This document shows, in pieces, positions 1 through 9,448 of a stretch of DNA of 60,056 bases. Source of the stretch: a virus (Duplodnaviria > Caudoviricetes). Location: positions 1 through 60,056 of IMG/VR virus record IMGVR_UViG_3300033156_000984. The stretch is one strand, 5' to 3'. The notes below the pieces were generated by a model. It made no database searches. It was not told where the DNA came from and worked only from the letters and a program-made list of their open reading frames with translations. Position numbers and translations under genes: made by a program. Numbering within the stretch: position 1 is the stretch's first letter; every line of letters begins with the position of its first letter.

Positions 1-114
1 TCAGTTCAAAAGTCCGTATATTTTCGGTCTTCAGCCCGTATTGAGATCCTTCGCAAAACCTAATCATTCTATTGAGAAATTTGTTGGGAAAATTATCCGC
101 ATCAATGGAGAATA
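1..114. repeat. Terminal direct repeat, copy 1 (circular assembly overlap)
   Basis: 1-114 is identical to 59943-60056 (TCAGTTCAAAAG...GGAGAATA). Confidence 0.97.
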
Positions 115-223
115 TTTATTTGAAATTGAGATAGAAATTACTCCACCAATTGAGGGAGAAGTTGCTATACAGATGATTGGAGTAAAGGATTTTAAACTAA
201 ATGAATATCTTGTTTCGAAATAA
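1..223 (+). CDS. 3' part of an 80-aa hypothetical protein spanning the circular junction (starts at 59923)
   Basis: ATG at 59923 follows GGAGGTG and reads MKQKIKIQFKSPYIFGLQPVLRSF in frame into ORF 41..223. Confidence 0.8.
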   Translation, partial: QFKSPYIFGLQPVLRSFAKPNHSIEKFVGKIIRINGEYLFEIEIEITPPIEGEVAIQMIGVKDFKLNEYLVSK

Positions 224-246
224 TTAAGAAAAGGGGGGATTTTAAA

Positions 247-513
247 ATGGATAATTTCTATGCAGAGAAGCAGATTGTTATCGAAAAGATTAAGAACCTA
301 AAGAAAGTTTATGAGAGTATGCAAGAAAAATTAGAAATATTCTCAAGGGAAATGAAAGAATTTTTGGAAAAATATGATGAAGTATTGAGGAGAGATATGG
401 AAGATTTGCCAATCTGGCTTGTAATGAATTTAAGCCTTAAGGAGATAGACCAAATCAAAGAAATTTTAAAATTTTTTGACAAAGTAATTGAGTATTTCGA
501 AACCGAGGAATAG
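247..513 (+). CDS. Hypothetical helical protein
   Basis: SD-like AAGGGGG upstream; 88 aa. Confidence 0.75.
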   Translation: MDNFYAEKQIVIEKIKNLKKVYESMQEKLEIFSREMKEFLEKYDEVLRRDMEDLPIWLVMNLSLKEIDQIKEILKFFDKVIEYFETEE

Positions 514-685
514 AAATTTAACCTATGTATAAACGCTTCTATCTTTGTTTGAAGTATTTGTAAACACTTGGGGAATGAAATTATTGCTCTACTAAAAAAT
601 TTTAAGGTTGGTTGTGGGTGGGTTCACTACTATTAAAAAATTTTAAGTTAATAACTGTTAATAACTTCATCTATATATATATAGA

Positions 686-709
686 AATCAATCAATCAAT
701 CAATCAATC
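686..709. repeat. (AATC)6 microsatellite flanked by (TA)n tracts
   Basis: Read directly; TA runs at 670-685 and 711-723. Confidence 0.9.
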
Positions 710-1277
710 AATATATATATATAAATAGAAAAATAGAGACTTCCTTATAAAAATATAGAGATATTCCCCAAATACACATAAAAGGTACTTCCCTATAATA
801 TATTTAAACACTCAAATGTGAGAAATATATTACGGAGAAATATCTCACATGTACAAAAACACAACACTTATAATATACAACATATAGTACACAACACACT
901 ACTTAATAATTAACCCCAAAATGAATACCTTTTAAGAATTTAGACCATAATACTATATTTTAGAAAAAAGCCCTATATTTTACTAAAAATCCCCATATAT
1001 TAAAATACGATTTGATTAAATATTTATAGAGAAACGATGCACAACAAAAATTAACAGTTATTAACTTTATCCATAAAATATTACAATGCAACAACTTACA
1101 ACCCCCTACTTCAAGAAGAAAAGAATTAAAGAGGCTTCCAAAGCCATACAATATATTGTGTATCAAAAATTAAGGAAAACCTACTAATTTACTGTAGATG
1201 TACAAAAATTGTACACAAATGGAAAGGATTAAATTATTACAGTAGGTCTAAAATCGTAGAGAAATTAAAGCACTTTC

Positions 1278-1326
1278 CTATATATTACCCAACACTGCTA
1301 TATATTAAACAACGACCCTATATATT
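1278..1326 (+). repeat. Three CTATATATT direct repeats with 20-bp period
   Basis: Copies start at 1278, 1298 and 1318. Confidence 0.85.
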
Positions 1327-1368
1327 CACCCAAATATTGATCGGAAAATTTTAGAAAGGAGGTCAATA

Positions 1369-1770
1369 ATGAAAGCCTACGATTTCAAGAAAATCGAGTC
1401 AATAAAAGAAGCACTTTCCTATTTAGAGAACCTTCCTGAAGATAAAGATTATTCATTAGTTTTCCCTTTCGAAATACTTCCAAGCGGTCATTCTTTTATG
1501 ATAAAAGTTCGCAGAAAAGGAGATGAATTTATATTTAAAGACAACGGTGATATTATGGCAGGATTATTTTTATCGGGGATAGACACTTCATCACAAAAAT
1601 TTAAAAACAAAATCACATTCCTTTGCAGATTAAACAAAGTATTTTTTGATGAATTGAGGGAAGAATTTATTTATTACACTTCCATAAAAGAATTAGAACC
1701 ATCACTTCTAAAATTCATTATATTTCTAACGATGATTTCCGCTGCGGAAACATGGCTAAGGGCAATATAA
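1369..1770 (+). CDS. DUF1828-like protein
   Basis: LPSGHSFMIKV...FIFKDNGDIMAGLFLSGID resembles the DUF1828 pattern; SD GGAGGT. Confidence 0.5.
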   Translation: MKAYDFKKIESIKEALSYLENLPEDKDYSLVFPFEILPSGHSFMIKVRRKGDEFIFKDNGDIMAGLFLSGIDTSSQKFKNKITFLCRLNKVFFDELREEFIYYTSIKELEPSLLKFIIFLTMISAAETWLRAI

Positions 1771-1795
1771 AATAAACTAAAAGGAGGTATGTAAA

Positions 1796-2908
1796 ATGGC
1801 AAAACTATTAGGAAGGGAACTTGAAAGAAAAGCATTAACAGCAGGAATTGAAGCGGGATTACCAGTACTTTTAATTGGTAAACCCGGAGTAGGAAAAACA
1901 CATTTAGTAAATGAAACACTAAGAAAATATGAAGGGAACAAATTCACTTATCACATAACAAAATTCACAGAAGAAAAAGAAATCTTCCCGATTGATCTAA
2001 AAACCTTCCAAAAAGAAGGCAGGATAAGATATTTAAGGGAAGGAATATTAAACGCAAACTTCATTTATATAGATGAAATCTTTGATGCTTCAGATGCATT
2101 ATTAAGAGCATTTCTTGGAATAATGAATGAAAAGAAATTCATGAAAGAAGAAATTATAGAAGTTCCGTTATATTGCTTCATTGCATCATCGAATTATCAA
2201 AGACTAAATGAAACAACAGAAGCAGTACTTGATCGATTTGTAATCAAAATCCAATTCAAAGAACTAAACGAAAACCAAATAAGAACTTTATTAGAAGAAT
2301 ATAATTTAAAAGATTTCCAAAACGATCTTGAAACCGAAAAAATAACATTAGAAGAACTAGAACAAATAAGAAAAGAAGCAGAAAGTGTATTTGTTCCAAA
2401 AGACATCATTGATTTAATAGTCTTCTCAGATGCTTCGGATAGGAGAAAGCTCCAAGCAAAATATTTATATCAAGTAATGAAACTACGGGGATATACTGAG
2501 AAAGATATGCTAATGATTTTAGCATTTACATTGGATTTCAAAGTAGAAGAGATAGAGAAAGAGATATTAACAAAAATGAGACTAAATGAGCTAAAAGAAA
2601 TCGGAAACTTCTTAGAAGAACTTTCAGTAACATATCTCACACTACTTGAACCAATTGAATTGTATAACCTGCTTGAAAGATTAAAAGAATGTGAAATAAA
2701 ACTCTCACAGAATTATTCAACAGAATTCGATCAACTAATAGAAGAACTAAGAGATAAGATAACAAGCTATCAGAATCAAATTAAGGATATTCTAATCCAC
2801 AAAATTCCTCAATTTTTAACGAAGAAAGAAGAAGAAAAAGAAGAGAAGAAAGATGAAAAGGAAACAAAGAAAGAAGAAGATAACAAAGGAGAAAATCCAT
2901 GGGAATAA
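1796..2908 (+). CDS. MoxR/RavA-like AAA+ ATPase
   Basis: Walker A GKPGVGKT, Walker B YIDEIF, sensor-1 ASSN, Arg finger AVLDRF; next to a vWA gene. Confidence 0.88.
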   Translation: MAKLLGRELERKALTAGIEAGLPVLLIGKPGVGKTHLVNETLRKYEGNKFTYHITKFTEEKEIFPIDLKTFQKEGRIRYLREGILNANFIYIDEIFDASDALLRAFLGIMNEKKFMKEEIIEVPLYCFIASSNYQRLNETTEAVLDRFVIKIQFKELNENQIRTLLEEYNLKDFQNDLETEKITLEELEQIRKEAESVFVPKDIIDLIVFSDASDRRKLQAKYLYQVMKLRGYTEKDMLMILAFTLDFKVEEIEKEILTKMRLNELKEIGNFLEELSVTYLTLLEPIELYNLLERLKECEIKLSQNYSTEFDQLIEELRDKITSYQNQIKDILIHKIPQFLTKKEEEKEEKKDEKETKKEEDNKGENPWE

Positions 2909-3945
2909 ATAAAGAAGAGGAGGGAAAGAAAAAAATGATAATCTTAGATAAGAAAGGTCAAGCTATATCAGATAAATTATCAAGATTATTCATGGCAAAC
3001 AAAATAAATCAAGTAGTAGGACTAATGTATGGTGAAGGTATGATATATCCAATGGATGAAACAGAAAACTTTTGGAGAATTTTCCAGAAAAGCAGACTAT
3101 GGGAGATTATAAAAGACTTAAGAATTCCAGAAGAAAACAAAGCAAAATTATTAGCATTTATCTTTGAAAGTTTTGGACCGGGTAGCATGAAAGGTAATCC
3201 TGAGAAACATTTAGGAAACATAGCAACGAAATTAGAAGAGCTACTTAAAGATAGGGAAATAGATGAAGAATTTGTAAAACGATACATTGCAGTAGAATTA
3301 TTTGAAATGAATCTAGAAATAGAACTAGAAGATGAAACAAAAATCTATACAAATGAAGAAATTGATTTAGATGGTTATGATATAACATTCACAAAATATA
3401 AATTAGGCGAGATACCAAACCTAGCAGAAATTTTATTTAGAGGCGACAACTTCATATTAGATGCAATAAACGGAAAAGTGAAGAAACAAAGATTAATAAA
3501 CATAAAACAAGAAGAAAAACATGAAAGTAAGGATTATGTAATTTTATTAGATACTTCAGGCTCAATGGAAGAATTTATAGATGTAGCATTATCAGCAGTG
3601 AGAGCAATATTAAAGAAAACAAATAAAAAAGAAGTGAAGGTATATACCTTCGATGCAAAACTAAGGGATGAATTAATAGTAAATTCAGAAGAACAATTAA
3701 GGAAATTAGCATTTGCGGGCGGTGATACAAACATAGCAAGAAGCTTAGCAGAATTACAAGAAAAATTAGAAGAGGATACGCATGTAATTTTGATATCAGA
3801 TTTCATTGATTCAAGTGTAGAGAATGAAAATACATATTTTGATAAGATAAAACTAACTTGCGTGAAGATTAAATCAGATTGGAGCGAAAATATAAAATTC
3901 AAAGCAAAAAAACTAAAAATTTATGAGGTCGAAAGCGGATTATAA
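2899..3945 (+). CDS. vWA domain protein (ViaA-like partner)
   Basis: MIDAS motif DTSGSM...GGDTN...ISDF; alternative start at 2935. Confidence 0.88.
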   Translation: MGINKEEEGKKKMIILDKKGQAISDKLSRLFMANKINQVVGLMYGEGMIYPMDETENFWRIFQKSRLWEIIKDLRIPEENKAKLLAFIFESFGPGSMKGNPEKHLGNIATKLEELLKDREIDEEFVKRYIAVELFEMNLEIELEDETKIYTNEEIDLDGYDITFTKYKLGEIPNLAEILFRGDNFILDAINGKVKKQRLINIKQEEKHESKDYVILLDTSGSMEEFIDVALSAVRAILKKTNKKEVKVYTFDAKLRDELIVNSEEQLRKLAFAGGDTNIARSLAELQEKLEEDTHVILISDFIDSSVENENTYFDKIKLTCVKIKSDWSENIKFKAKKLKIYEVESGL

Positions 3946-3981
3946 AAAAAAAAAAAAAAAAAGAGGAGGTGTAGATTAAAA

Positions 3982-4254
3982 ATGAAGATCGATGCAATTT
4001 TAGTAAAAAAGGATGGTGAACGTGAAGAAATACAACTTGAAATTTTCAAAATCGAGAAAGAAGGAGCTTTCCCAATTAATATTTATATGGAGAAACATCC
4101 AGATATTGAAATCAGTGATGTAATTTATGCAGATATCTTATTGCAAGATATACGATTAGAAATTTCAGGTGAGGTAATAAACATCGAACCTAGAAAAAGT
4201 AATAAGAAATGGTATTCATTAGAAGGAGGAATATGGATTGATTTTAGGAGGTGA
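3982..4254 (+). CDS. Hypothetical protein
   Basis: SD GGAGGTG; operon context. Confidence 0.75.
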   Translation: MKIDAILVKKDGEREEIQLEIFKIEKEGAFPINIYMEKHPDIEISDVIYADILLQDIRLEISGEVINIEPRKSNKKWYSLEGGIWIDFRR

Positions 4255-4263
4255 ATTTTAAAA

Positions 4264-4614
4264 ATGAGGATTAAAACAAACAAATTCAAGATGAAAAAAT
4301 TACTAGGTAAACATTTCTTAAATCAAGACAAGGATTTCCAGATTGCTTTCCATGATAAGAAGAAAAAACGAATAATAATGGCTGCATCGTTTCCAGAAGA
4401 AGATTTAAAACATGATCTAGAATTATTAAAAGAGCATTTAAAGGAAACAGAAAATGTCGAGATATTTAATTTACCAGACTTCCATGAAATTTTGTCAGAT
4501 TTAGTAATAGGCGATGGTTATACATTTTTCCGAGTAAAAACAAATAAAGGGAATGCTTTGTTAGATATCTGGATGACCTTTGGAGGATTAGATGGAGATA
4601 TTCGGTTTGAATAA
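4264..4614 (+). CDS. Hypothetical protein
   Basis: SD GGAGGTG; operon context. Confidence 0.75.
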   Translation: MRIKTNKFKMKKLLGKHFLNQDKDFQIAFHDKKKKRIIMAASFPEEDLKHDLELLKEHLKETENVEIFNLPDFHEILSDLVIGDGYTFFRVKTNKGNALLDIWMTFGGLDGDIRFE

Positions 4615-4643
4615 TTATAAAACAAAGAGGAGGTGAATTTAAA

Positions 4644-4937
4644 ATGGCGATATTAAAAACAGAAGATTTAGCACCCATCAAGATCGATACTTTTATATTA
4701 ACAATTACAGATGATAAAGCAACATTAGAAATTCCGCATGGAGAATACTTAAAGAAATATCTAAGTGATTATATCAATGAATACATCTTTGTAGAAGATG
4801 ATAATTTAACCTTCTCAGGACTTCTTCTAAATGGAAGATATTATCACAAACAATATAGCAAATCAAAAAACGATGTACTTGAGTTAGAATTAACAGATAT
4901 TGAATTAGAATATTTCAAATCGAAAGGAGATGATTAA
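4644..4937 (+). CDS. Hypothetical protein
   Basis: SD GGAGGTG; operon context. Confidence 0.75.
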   Translation: MAILKTEDLAPIKIDTFILTITDDKATLEIPHGEYLKKYLSDYINEYIFVEDDNLTFSGLLLNGRYYHKQYSKSKNDVLELELTDIELEYFKSKGDD

Positions 4938-5511
4938 AATGCGGAAACCAACTGAAAAGGAATTAGAATTCTACATGAAACTAATCTCAATCTCAATAAC
5001 TGAAGATGGAGTATTTGCAATGTTAAAGAAGAAAGATAAAGAAAACCTAACATTAGCAGAAGCAGAAGCTTTAGGGATTAGATTTAAAAAGGATGAAAAG
5101 GAACATAGAGAATTTATTTTAGAAGACATAAAATGGAGTGTCAGATTCATAGTTGATGAAGATTTAGAGATTAAAAGACTGAAAACATTCCATTATTTCT
5201 CGCCTCTTCAAGAACGAAAAATATTACTATATAAGGATGATTCGCAGTACAGTGAAATAAAAGCAGAACTACAAATCAAGATAGATTACCCACAAGAAAT
5301 AGAACTAAAAATCTTAATCCCCTCAGAAGAAATGATTAAATCAATCCTTTCAGCAGAAATACTTAAACTTAAAGAAGAAGATATCTATCTTTCAATTCCC
5401 ATGAAAGCTACTTCAATCTATTCTGATTTAAAAGACTTAGAATTAACAATCATTTCTCCATATCCGGAGAATATTATTATTTGGAAAACAGAATGGAGGA
5501 GGGATGAATGA
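4930..5511 (+). CDS. Hypothetical protein
   Basis: Overlaps both neighbours; SD AAGGAG. Confidence 0.75.
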   Translation: MIKMRKPTEKELEFYMKLISISITEDGVFAMLKKKDKENLTLAEAEALGIRFKKDEKEHREFILEDIKWSVRFIVDEDLEIKRLKTFHYFSPLQERKILLYKDDSQYSEIKAELQIKIDYPQEIELKILIPSEEMIKSILSAEILKLKEEDIYLSIPMKATSIYSDLKDLELTIISPYPENIIIWKTEWRRDE

Positions 5512-5921
5512 TGTTATTACAAATTTATCTAAGATTTGAATACCCAAATGAAGATTTAGGAGTTTTAACAAGCAAAATCATAGCAAAACGTGATTTCAGT
5601 AATGAGAAAAGTATGATTGATGTCCCAATTGCAGATATTGCACATGGAGAATTATTAAGGATAGCGAAAGATGTCCCAGAAATAATAATCAAACCATTTT
5701 ATGCAAATCCTTATAGTGCAATTTGGGATCATGATGAATGGATTGAAAAATTTAAAACATTATATCGAGAATTAGTATCAGATTTAAAATCTAATGAAAC
5801 AACAGTTTATTCAAGAGGGGATGAAATAATAATTCATCCCCCAGACTTAGGAATTCTGCAGTTAGTATTAGAAAAAATAATATGGAAATTAGAGGAGGTG
5901 ACTCAAGATGGCAGAAATTAA
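5508..5921 (+). CDS. Hypothetical protein
   Basis: ATGA overlap with the upstream gene. Confidence 0.75.
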   Translation: MMLLQIYLRFEYPNEDLGVLTSKIIAKRDFSNEKSMIDVPIADIAHGELLRIAKDVPEIIIKPFYANPYSAIWDHDEWIEKFKTLYRELVSDLKSNETTVYSRGDEIIIHPPDLGILQLVLEKIIWKLEEVTQDGRN

Positions 5922-6159
5922 ATTTGCAAACCTAACAAAAGAAGAAATGGAAAGAGTACATGCAATGTTAGGTGCAGAAGTATTTGTAGTTGATGTAAAA
6001 ACTTCGTCAAGGAAAAAACGTGTATTTTGTGTACCAATTGATGGAGATTGGGTAACAATTTATGGTGGAGGTGGTGAAGAAGATTTACCAGATGAAATAA
6101 TTGAGGAAATCATCGATTGGCTTGAAAATGAATTAAGTAAAGAAAAAGGAGTACATTAG
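5908..6159 (+). CDS. Hypothetical protein
   Basis: SD GGAGGTG. Confidence 0.75.
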   Translation: MAEIKFANLTKEEMERVHAMLGAEVFVVDVKTSSRKKRVFCVPIDGDWVTIYGGGGEEDLPDEIIEEIIDWLENELSKEKGVH

Positions 6160-6181
6160 AAAAAAAGGAGGTAAAATAAAA

Positions 6182-6436
6182 ATGCCTCGAAAACGAAAAT
6201 TACCGAAGAAGAAAGTTAAAATCTGGAGCGAATTATTAGAAAACTTACAAGGATTAGGTAATGATTTAGAACTTAGAAGTTATCGCACTTGGAGAATAGT
6301 AACTGGAGATAGAGATTTAAAATGGATTATAGGTTTAACATGGAGAATTCAGCAGTGTATTGAAGAAATATTAGAGAATTGGGAAAAGCTTCAGAAAGAG
6401 CTAAAGAATTTAAGAAAGGAGGATAAAGCTAAATGA
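6182..6436 (+). CDS. Hypothetical basic protein
   Basis: SD GGAGGT. Confidence 0.7.
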   Translation: MPRKRKLPKKKVKIWSELLENLQGLGNDLELRSYRTWRIVTGDRDLKWIIGLTWRIQQCIEEILENWEKLQKELKNLRKEDKAK

Positions 6437-7044
6437 AGATAACTAAAGTAATCAAAGACGGCGAATTTAAAAAACTATGGCGAGGTGATGTAAGATTAAT
6501 CTGTATAGAGAATGATCTATATTTTATTTCAAGCTATGTGAAAGATACTATAGAATTAGACCAAGAGATCGATCTAAAGACTGGGAAAATAATTCAACGT
6601 GATAAACCAAAATATCTTCAATTAGAAGAAACAGCATGTTTTTGGGTAGATGAAAATGGTGAACCAATTAGTTTTATGGAGATTTGCTTGATTAAACCAG
6701 AAACCAATTTCCAAATTGAAGAAAGAAAAGAGGATATTAAACTATCCGGTCCGGATCATGATGAAATCTTAGAAATATTAAGAGAAATGAAGAAAGGAGA
6801 ACTGCTTGAGAAATTAAATGAAATAATACTCTCTAAGTTTGAAGAAATATTTGATGTATTTAAATTCCCAGAACTTGAGAAGGCATTGGATATTAAGAAA
6901 CTAACTTGGAAGGAACTTACTGAATTAGGTAAAAAATTAAGAAGGACGTCTGAGGTTATTATGAAGATAAAAGAGGAAGAATTATTAAAATCAGAAGGAG
7001 GCGATAAAAATGAAGGAGATCAAGAAAATAAAGAACGGACTTGA
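6433..7044 (+). CDS. Hypothetical protein
   Basis: SD GGAGG; ATGA overlap. Confidence 0.75.
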   Translation: MKITKVIKDGEFKKLWRGDVRLICIENDLYFISSYVKDTIELDQEIDLKTGKIIQRDKPKYLQLEETACFWVDENGEPISFMEICLIKPETNFQIEERKEDIKLSGPDHDEILEILREMKKGELLEKLNEIILSKFEEIFDVFKFPELEKALDIKKLTWKELTELGKKLRRTSEVIMKIKEEELLKSEGGDKNEGDQENKERT

Positions 7045-7339
7045 TGCAATCTGGGATATTTTATTCAATGAATATATTGTACCGCATCATCGTGATTGGG
7101 AATATATCAAACAAAAAATTCCCAGAATGCGATTCAATTTAAGGATTTTGAGATACAAATTTAAATTTATGCTCTTCACCACATTAATAATGACATTCTT
7201 TGCAAATTTAGTATTTGCAGTTCTTCAATTTGGAACTTCTGAAATGATATATTGGTTTCTAAGATTAGGTAAAATATTTGTCCCACTTCTTTCATTTGTG
7301 ACAATCTATCTAATGGTCAAAGAAGTAATAATGAATTAA
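7010..7339 (+). CDS. Putative membrane protein (two C-terminal TM segments)
   Basis: Hydrophobic stretches FMLFTTLIMTFFANLVFAVL and IFVPLLSFVTIYLMV; SD GGAGG. Confidence 0.7.
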   Translation: MKEIKKIKNGLDAIWDILFNEYIVPHHRDWEYIKQKIPRMRFNLRILRYKFKFMLFTTLIMTFFANLVFAVLQFGTSEMIYWFLRLGKIFVPLLSFVTIYLMVKEVIMN

Positions 7340-7365
7340 AATAAAAAGAAGGGAGTTGGAAGAAT

Positions 7366-7569
7366 ATGAAAATAAGAAGGGAAGAAGCTCTAATCACAGT
7401 ATTATTAGAGGAATTAGAAAACATGAAGAAAGCAATCATGGAACTAAATCAGCTTTTTAAAGATAAGAAACATCAAGAAGTTGAAGAAAAATTTATTGAG
7501 ATAGTAAGAAAAATAGGAGAACTAATAGTGATAATGCAGGATCTTTCAATCAAGATTTATCAGAAATAA
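7366..7569 (+). CDS. Small helical hypothetical protein
   Basis: SD GGGAG. Confidence 0.65.
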   Translation: MKIRREEALITVLLEELENMKKAIMELNQLFKDKKHQEVEEKFIEIVRKIGELIVIMQDLSIKIYQK

Positions 7570-7575
7570 AAGGAG

Positions 7576-8124
7576 GTGAATTTAGAAATGCAAAAACATA
7601 ATGATACCCATATCATTGATATTCTACGAAAATATCCTCCTCCAATTACTTCCCGTAAAGAAGATGAAAATCTTGGACAATCTATCTTTAAATGGTTAAA
7701 CCAAATTGAAGTACCAGAAGAATTTGAGGAATATGATATCGATGAAATTAATGGATACAAATTAAATTTACCTAAAGGTACAAGGAAAGTATTAGGTTAT
7801 ATTTTAGCAGAATTCTTACGAAGCATAAAAATGGATATCGATGGAGTAAGATACTTAAGATTCTATGATGAAACCATCCAAAGCCTGTTATTTCCATTGA
7901 TCATAGCACAAGGTATAACAGATTTTGATTTAGGAAACTATATAACAGAAGTATGGAAGGAAAACTCAACAAAGAAATGCGGATACTTAGGAATAATTAT
8001 TTGGGCATACCAATTCTGGAAGATAATCAATAAAGATCCAGACCAAGCTCGTTTAATTCTGGATAATGTAATTTCCTTATGGTTTATAGCATTCAATGAA
8101 CTTTGGAAATACTTCTGCATTTAA
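7576..8124 (+). CDS. Hypothetical protein, paralog family A member 1
   Basis: PLIIAQG...CGY...IAFNELW motifs shared with the next two genes; likely starts at ATG 7588. Confidence 0.75.
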   Translation: MNLEMQKHNDTHIIDILRKYPPPITSRKEDENLGQSIFKWLNQIEVPEEFEEYDIDEINGYKLNLPKGTRKVLGYILAEFLRSIKMDIDGVRYLRFYDETIQSLLFPLIIAQGITDFDLGNYITEVWKENSTKKCGYLGIIIWAYQFWKIINKDPDQARLILDNVISLWFIAFNELWKYFCI

Positions 8125-8148
8125 AACATAATTTTAAAACAAAGGAGG

Positions 8149-8844
8149 TTGAACAAAATGTTTGATATCATGAATGATTTCTTTGAATTCAAACAAAGAT
8201 TAAGTACTTATCCTGATTTAAAAGAATTATTACCAAGAAAACAACTTGAAGAAATGAATAAGGAATTTAATCTAAATCCAACTGAAGATTTATATCCAAT
8301 GAAACTATCAATTGCAGTAATGAGTTCATTAGAAATTGAAGAAGAAATGCTACAAAGATTTCAAGCAAATTTCAGAGAGATATCTTCTGAAATATCTGAT
8401 ACACCTAAAGAGATAGATCTACCATCTAATCTTTTAAAACGAATAATGATATTTACTAATTCATTTTTGAAACATGTATATGTTTCAGTAACTGAAGATA
8501 AGGAAGAATTGATTTTAGATAGTAGAGTACAAGTAATTTTATTAACTCTCCCATATGCACAAGCAATTGATCCAAACTTAATTAAAGATATATTCAAACA
8601 AAGTTTTGCATATCCAATTGAACCCAATTGTGGATTTATGACCTTCTATCCATTAATCTATACAACAATTTCTGGAATGTTATCAAAATCCTCAGATTTA
8701 ACTTTAGAAGATTGTGTATTCACATTACTTTCTGCAGTAAGAATCTCACAAATTATGATTTTAGCATTCAACACAATATTTGAAGAAATAAAAAGGAGGG
8801 ATTATCAATGGATCGCAGAGAATGTACTTTTCAAGAAATCCTAA
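8149..8844 (+). CDS. Hypothetical protein, paralog family A member 2
   Basis: TLPYAQA...CGF...LAFNTIF. Confidence 0.75.
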   Translation: MNKMFDIMNDFFEFKQRLSTYPDLKELLPRKQLEEMNKEFNLNPTEDLYPMKLSIAVMSSLEIEEEMLQRFQANFREISSEISDTPKEIDLPSNLLKRIMIFTNSFLKHVYVSVTEDKEELILDSRVQVILLTLPYAQAIDPNLIKDIFKQSFAYPIEPNCGFMTFYPLIYTTISGMLSKSSDLTLEDCVFTLLSAVRISQIMILAFNTIFEEIKRRDYQWIAENVLFKKS

Positions 8845-9419
8845 ATTCAATCAATTTCAACAGAACAGTAAAAGAAAATGAATTATTGGATGAACTTGCT
8901 AAACTTTCACCTTCTGAAGAATTAAAGTCATATTTTGATATCTTATTTCAATTAGTATTTCAAGATTATGAATTTTCTGTACCAAAAGAAATTCTATATG
9001 CAGGCGCAGATTATATCTTAGGATTATCCTCCTGTATTGAGGAATTTATCTTTGAGGACAGAATATTTGAATTTGTATCTCCACCATTTATGTTATTTAT
9101 GATACCAATACATACAGCACAAAGGAGAGGAGATAAAGAAAAATTAATCAAATTTTTCGAAGGTGAACACAAGAAATTAATTCAGGAATTTGGGTATATG
9201 TATATCTATGATTTAATATTTCAGTTATATCAGCTTCAGGTACTAAGACTTTCGAATAGAGATAAAAGAATTGCAGAAAATATGAAATTCAAGACTGGAC
9301 TAAATATAGAATTCTCGGAAGAAGATTTAACAAGAATTCTCGAAGGGATTTTGAAAAATATGATGATAATCTATTTAATTGCATTAGATGAAACTTGGAA
9401 GATTACGAAGAATGCATAA
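8808..9419 (+). CDS. Hypothetical protein, paralog family A member 3
   Basis: PIHTAQR...FGY...IALDETW. Confidence 0.75.
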   Translation: MDRRECTFQEILNSINFNRTVKENELLDELAKLSPSEELKSYFDILFQLVFQDYEFSVPKEILYAGADYILGLSSCIEEFIFEDRIFEFVSPPFMLFMIPIHTAQRRGDKEKLIKFFEGEHKKLIQEFGYMYIYDLIFQLYQLQVLRLSNRDKRIAENMKFKTGLNIEFSEEDLTRILEGILKNMMIIYLIALDETWKITKNA

Positions 9420-9448
9420 TTCCCAAATAAAAGAGGAGGGATTTAGGG

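Noticed and set aside
1-114. The terminal repeat as a biological packaging DTR
   Set aside because: It falls inside a gene and its size fits an assembler overlap; true termini cannot be inferred.
960-1166. 68-aa - strand ORF, and the many short antisense ORFs inside long genes
   Set aside because: They are shadows of real genes or AT-rich chance frames, without SD and against the arm polarity.
514-1368. Possible mini-CRISPR array in non-coding regions (also 57930-58616)
   Set aside because: Repeats are 4-18 bp, with no 25-40-bp identical repeats separated by unique spacers; no cas genes.
3982-5511. Possible paralogy among small beta-rich early ORFs (LEISGEVIN vs LTFSGLLLN)
   Set aside because: The similarity is too short to support without profile comparison.
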